Source: Vitrella brassicaformis CCMP3155
Taxonomy: Eukaryota > Protista > Chromerida
Length of the DNA stretch: 64,000 nt
NCBI GenBank assembly: GCA_001179505.1
Contig: CDMY01000448.1
Location: 1-64,000 of the forward strand
Direction: 5' to 3'
Position numbers and translations under genes: made by a program
Part shown: one piece after another, positions 61,404 to 64,000 of the stretch
Layout of the letters: the number at the start of each line of letters is the position of its first letter
Position numbering within the stretch: position 1 is the stretch's first letter
The notes under the pieces: generated by a model
The model's database searches: none
What the model was told of the DNA's origin: nothing
The model's input: only the letters and a program-made list of their open reading frames with translations

Positions 61404-64000
61404 ATGTTGATAGCGCGTTATTTCGACCAGAGGCGCGGCGAGGCCGCCCAGCAGAAGTCGGCGCAGCTGCATCCGGACATCGCCCTGTCGAGTGGAACTG
61501 TCGCTGCCCGCCTGGATGGGTGGCTGCCGCACCGGCCGCCCATCGAGGCGCTCATCGCCCGCGGCATCTTACGAGACCCCTATGAGAAGCAGCTCATATG
61601 CGATCGGCTGGAGCGGTTTCTCCGACAGAAGGTTGCCGAGAGGGACCTGGCGCACATCACGGGCACTGCCGAGTACGACCCCTCCGTTGCGGCCTACCTG
61701 ATGGACAATGGCCTGACGCAGCTGGCGCACCTCAATGCAGAGGGCCGCATCGCCACTCACCTGTCGGATGTGGAAAAGCAGCTGAGGGCGGCACGTGATG
61801 ACGACGAGCGGCTAAGGGCGGCGATTCCCTCACACGTGAAGGAGAGGAGGGAGGAGGCCAGCCGTCTGATCGAGCAGGCGACGGCCATCCAAGACTCGAC
61901 GGAGAGGGTGGGCAAGCAGCTGTGCGACCAACTCTACAGCACCGAGGACGGCACTGATGGGCTGCCGTCTGTGGAGCAGATGAAGCGCATGATTGAGGAG
62001 TCCCGTGTGGCTTTGCGGAAGCAGCAGGTGATCCAGCGCCAGGCGCACTTTGTGGCCGCCCTGGAGCAGATGGTCAAGATGACCGACCAGGCACGGCAGC
62101 TGGTTTTCCACCGCACCGACGAGGCCGTCCGGCTGACGCATGAGGCCCTGCGTGTGTGCGGCAAGCTGCCCCCCAACAGCCGGGAGGTCGGCACCCAGCG
62201 CGTCCTCTTCGTCCTCCAGTACGCCAAGAACCACTACCTGCAGGCAATACACCGGCAGATCGACAGCCCTCGCGTCAAGTGGGGAACCATCACATTGCTG
62301 CACCAGCCCGACGCAGGCGAAGGCCATGTACCTCTACCCTCCCCCTCTCAGTCGGGAGGCCCCCATCTCGATGGTGATGAGAGCGTCAAGGCGGCCATCC
62401 TGGAGTCTGTGGCTGCCCTGGTGTGGGTGCAGAAGATCGCTGCGGCCGCCACGCAGCTGCTGGAAAGGGGTGTGGGGGCGGACGAATCGTCGGTGCATGT
62501 GGAGCCGGCTGAATGGTGGTGCTTTAAAGCACTGGCTGTCAAGCCCATCGCGGCTTTCAGGTGAGAGGACAGACAGACAGACAGACAGACAGACAGAGAG
62601 ACAGACCACGTGTGTCGATTGATCCATGTCATGTATGTGTCACACATGACATGTATCGGCATCGCATCAGGTACCACTTCATGTCGTCAACGAGTCCGCT
62701 GTGCCGTGTGGACCGGCCCGAGTGGGCCTTCAACTTCATGCTCGACCTCTGCACGCAGCACGCAGCCGCACTCGACACCATATGGCCCCCACCTACCGCA
62801 CAAGAACAACGACAGCAACAGCAACAACAGGAAGGACAGCACCAAGACGCCAGCAGTGAGCTGACCGCCGCAAGTCTATCGGCTCTTCCAGCTCTCGACG
62901 TGTCGGAGTGCTTGGGGCACCAGCTGGCGGATGAGGTCCGGCTGCTCGTCCGGGCCCACATGCGGCTGATTGTCTTCCAGAAGCCAGCTCCTGCTCAGAC
63001 GGAGAGCGGCCCTCAGCAGACGGACTTCCGTGGCCTCCTGGACAAGACGCAGCAACAGGGGCCAGAAGAGGCACCCGAAGCAACCAGCACCCTCCCCCAA
63101 GCCGCCCGTGCCCATGTGTCGCCTGCGTCATCGGCTCTGTTCCTGCACCTGATGACACACCTGCTCGAGTTGTTCCGCAGGTGGGAGCGCGTCAACGTGA
63201 CGTCGGCCTTCGTCCTGTTCAGAGACTTCAATGACAACTTCCACCTGACGGCATCCTCCCAGGACACAGCAGACGCACCCACACAGCAGCCACCACACAC
63301 CCACAAACAGCAGCGGCACCAGCAGCAGCAGCAGCAGCAGGAGGGTGCGGCAGAGAGGCCCCTTGCCGACATGCTCTCTGACCTGAAGGCCAACCTCGGC
63401 CAGACGGACGCGCCCGTTGGTGATGATGACGATGAAGCAAATGCGGCCGGTGGGGAGGGTTGGGACGTCGATCTGGACCTCCAAGGCGAGTATGAGCAGG
63501 GAGAGACGCTGACAGAGCAGCAGGGCCACACCGAGGGAGAAAAGGAGAAGGCCAAGGGGAAAGACAGAGGTGATGGTGATGGTGTGGGCATGTTGGACTA
63601 CTGGATGTACCACGACCAGCAGTTCGTCATGGCCAAGCTGGACGAGGTCCTCAGAGCCACAGCCGTCCCCCAACAAGCCTGGCAGCCCCAGACACTCTAC
63701 CTCGCCTCGAGAGCCGACGAACACGCCACGAGCAGCAGCCCACCTGCTGCTGCAGAGGGCCTCACAGCACCTCCCATCTAGTAAGCTAAGCTAACCCACC
63801 GAGCTACAGAAGCGAGATGATGCACTCACTGATGTATCCTCATTATGTATCCCATGTGTGTGTGTATGTATGTGCAGCCGTGTGGTGCGAGTGTTGGTCG
63901 ACTTGCTTCGCGTTTCGTCCGAGCGGCTGGTGGGTCTGACGAGCGACGCTGCGCTGTTCAACTTCACGTCGATCCACAAGGCCGCGATCGGCCGTGTGTG
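61404..64000 (+). CDS. RINT1/Tip20-family tethering factor-like protein with an N-terminal RPEL-like motif (3' end outside the window)
   Basis: Spliced AAFR|YHFMSSTSPLCRVDRPEWAF resembles the RINT1/Tip20 FRYHF...KPEW motif; N-terminal coiled coil; LDGWLPHRPPIEALIARGIL is RPEL-like. Confidence 0.7.

Overview
Gene-dense, intron-rich, GC-rich eukaryotic genomic DNA, most likely from the chromerid alveolate Vitrella brassicaformis (inferred from an apicomplexan-type beta-tubulin [10 protein letters not shown] signature, short introns filled with GACA/TGTC/CA/GA/CCAT microsatellites, and a repeated lineage-specific gene family). It holds about 20 spliced genes: the 3' end and LTR of a Ty1/copia element; three dispersed copies of one uncharacterised ~420-aa family; a WW + two-B-box protein; a CCDC17-like multi-C2 protein; CFAP45; a small secreted Cys-rich protein; an RluA-family pseudouridine synthase lacking the catalytic Asp; a MYND-finger protein; a HAD-like phosphatase; a helical-repeat/RAP-like protein plus a truncated duplicate; Spc25; a C2/PRT_C (MCTP-like) protein; beta-tubulin; a spinster-like MFS transporter; a RINT1/Tip20-like gene running off the end; and several hypotheticals. 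There are two 300-N gaps and no rRNA, tRNA or CRISPR array that I could recognise. Most notable patterns: (i) patchwork recombination and phase-0 exon modularity in the three-copy family; (ii) near-strict strand alternation of genes, broken at only two places, both occupied by the same ~0.7 kb element in front of putative organellar RNA-metabolism genes; (iii) introns with inverted GACA/TGTC microsatellite arms; (iv) an intron flanked by a perfect 15-bp direct repeat. Exon boundaries were read by eye and family calls rest on motif recognition, not database searches; novelty cannot be confirmed without searches.
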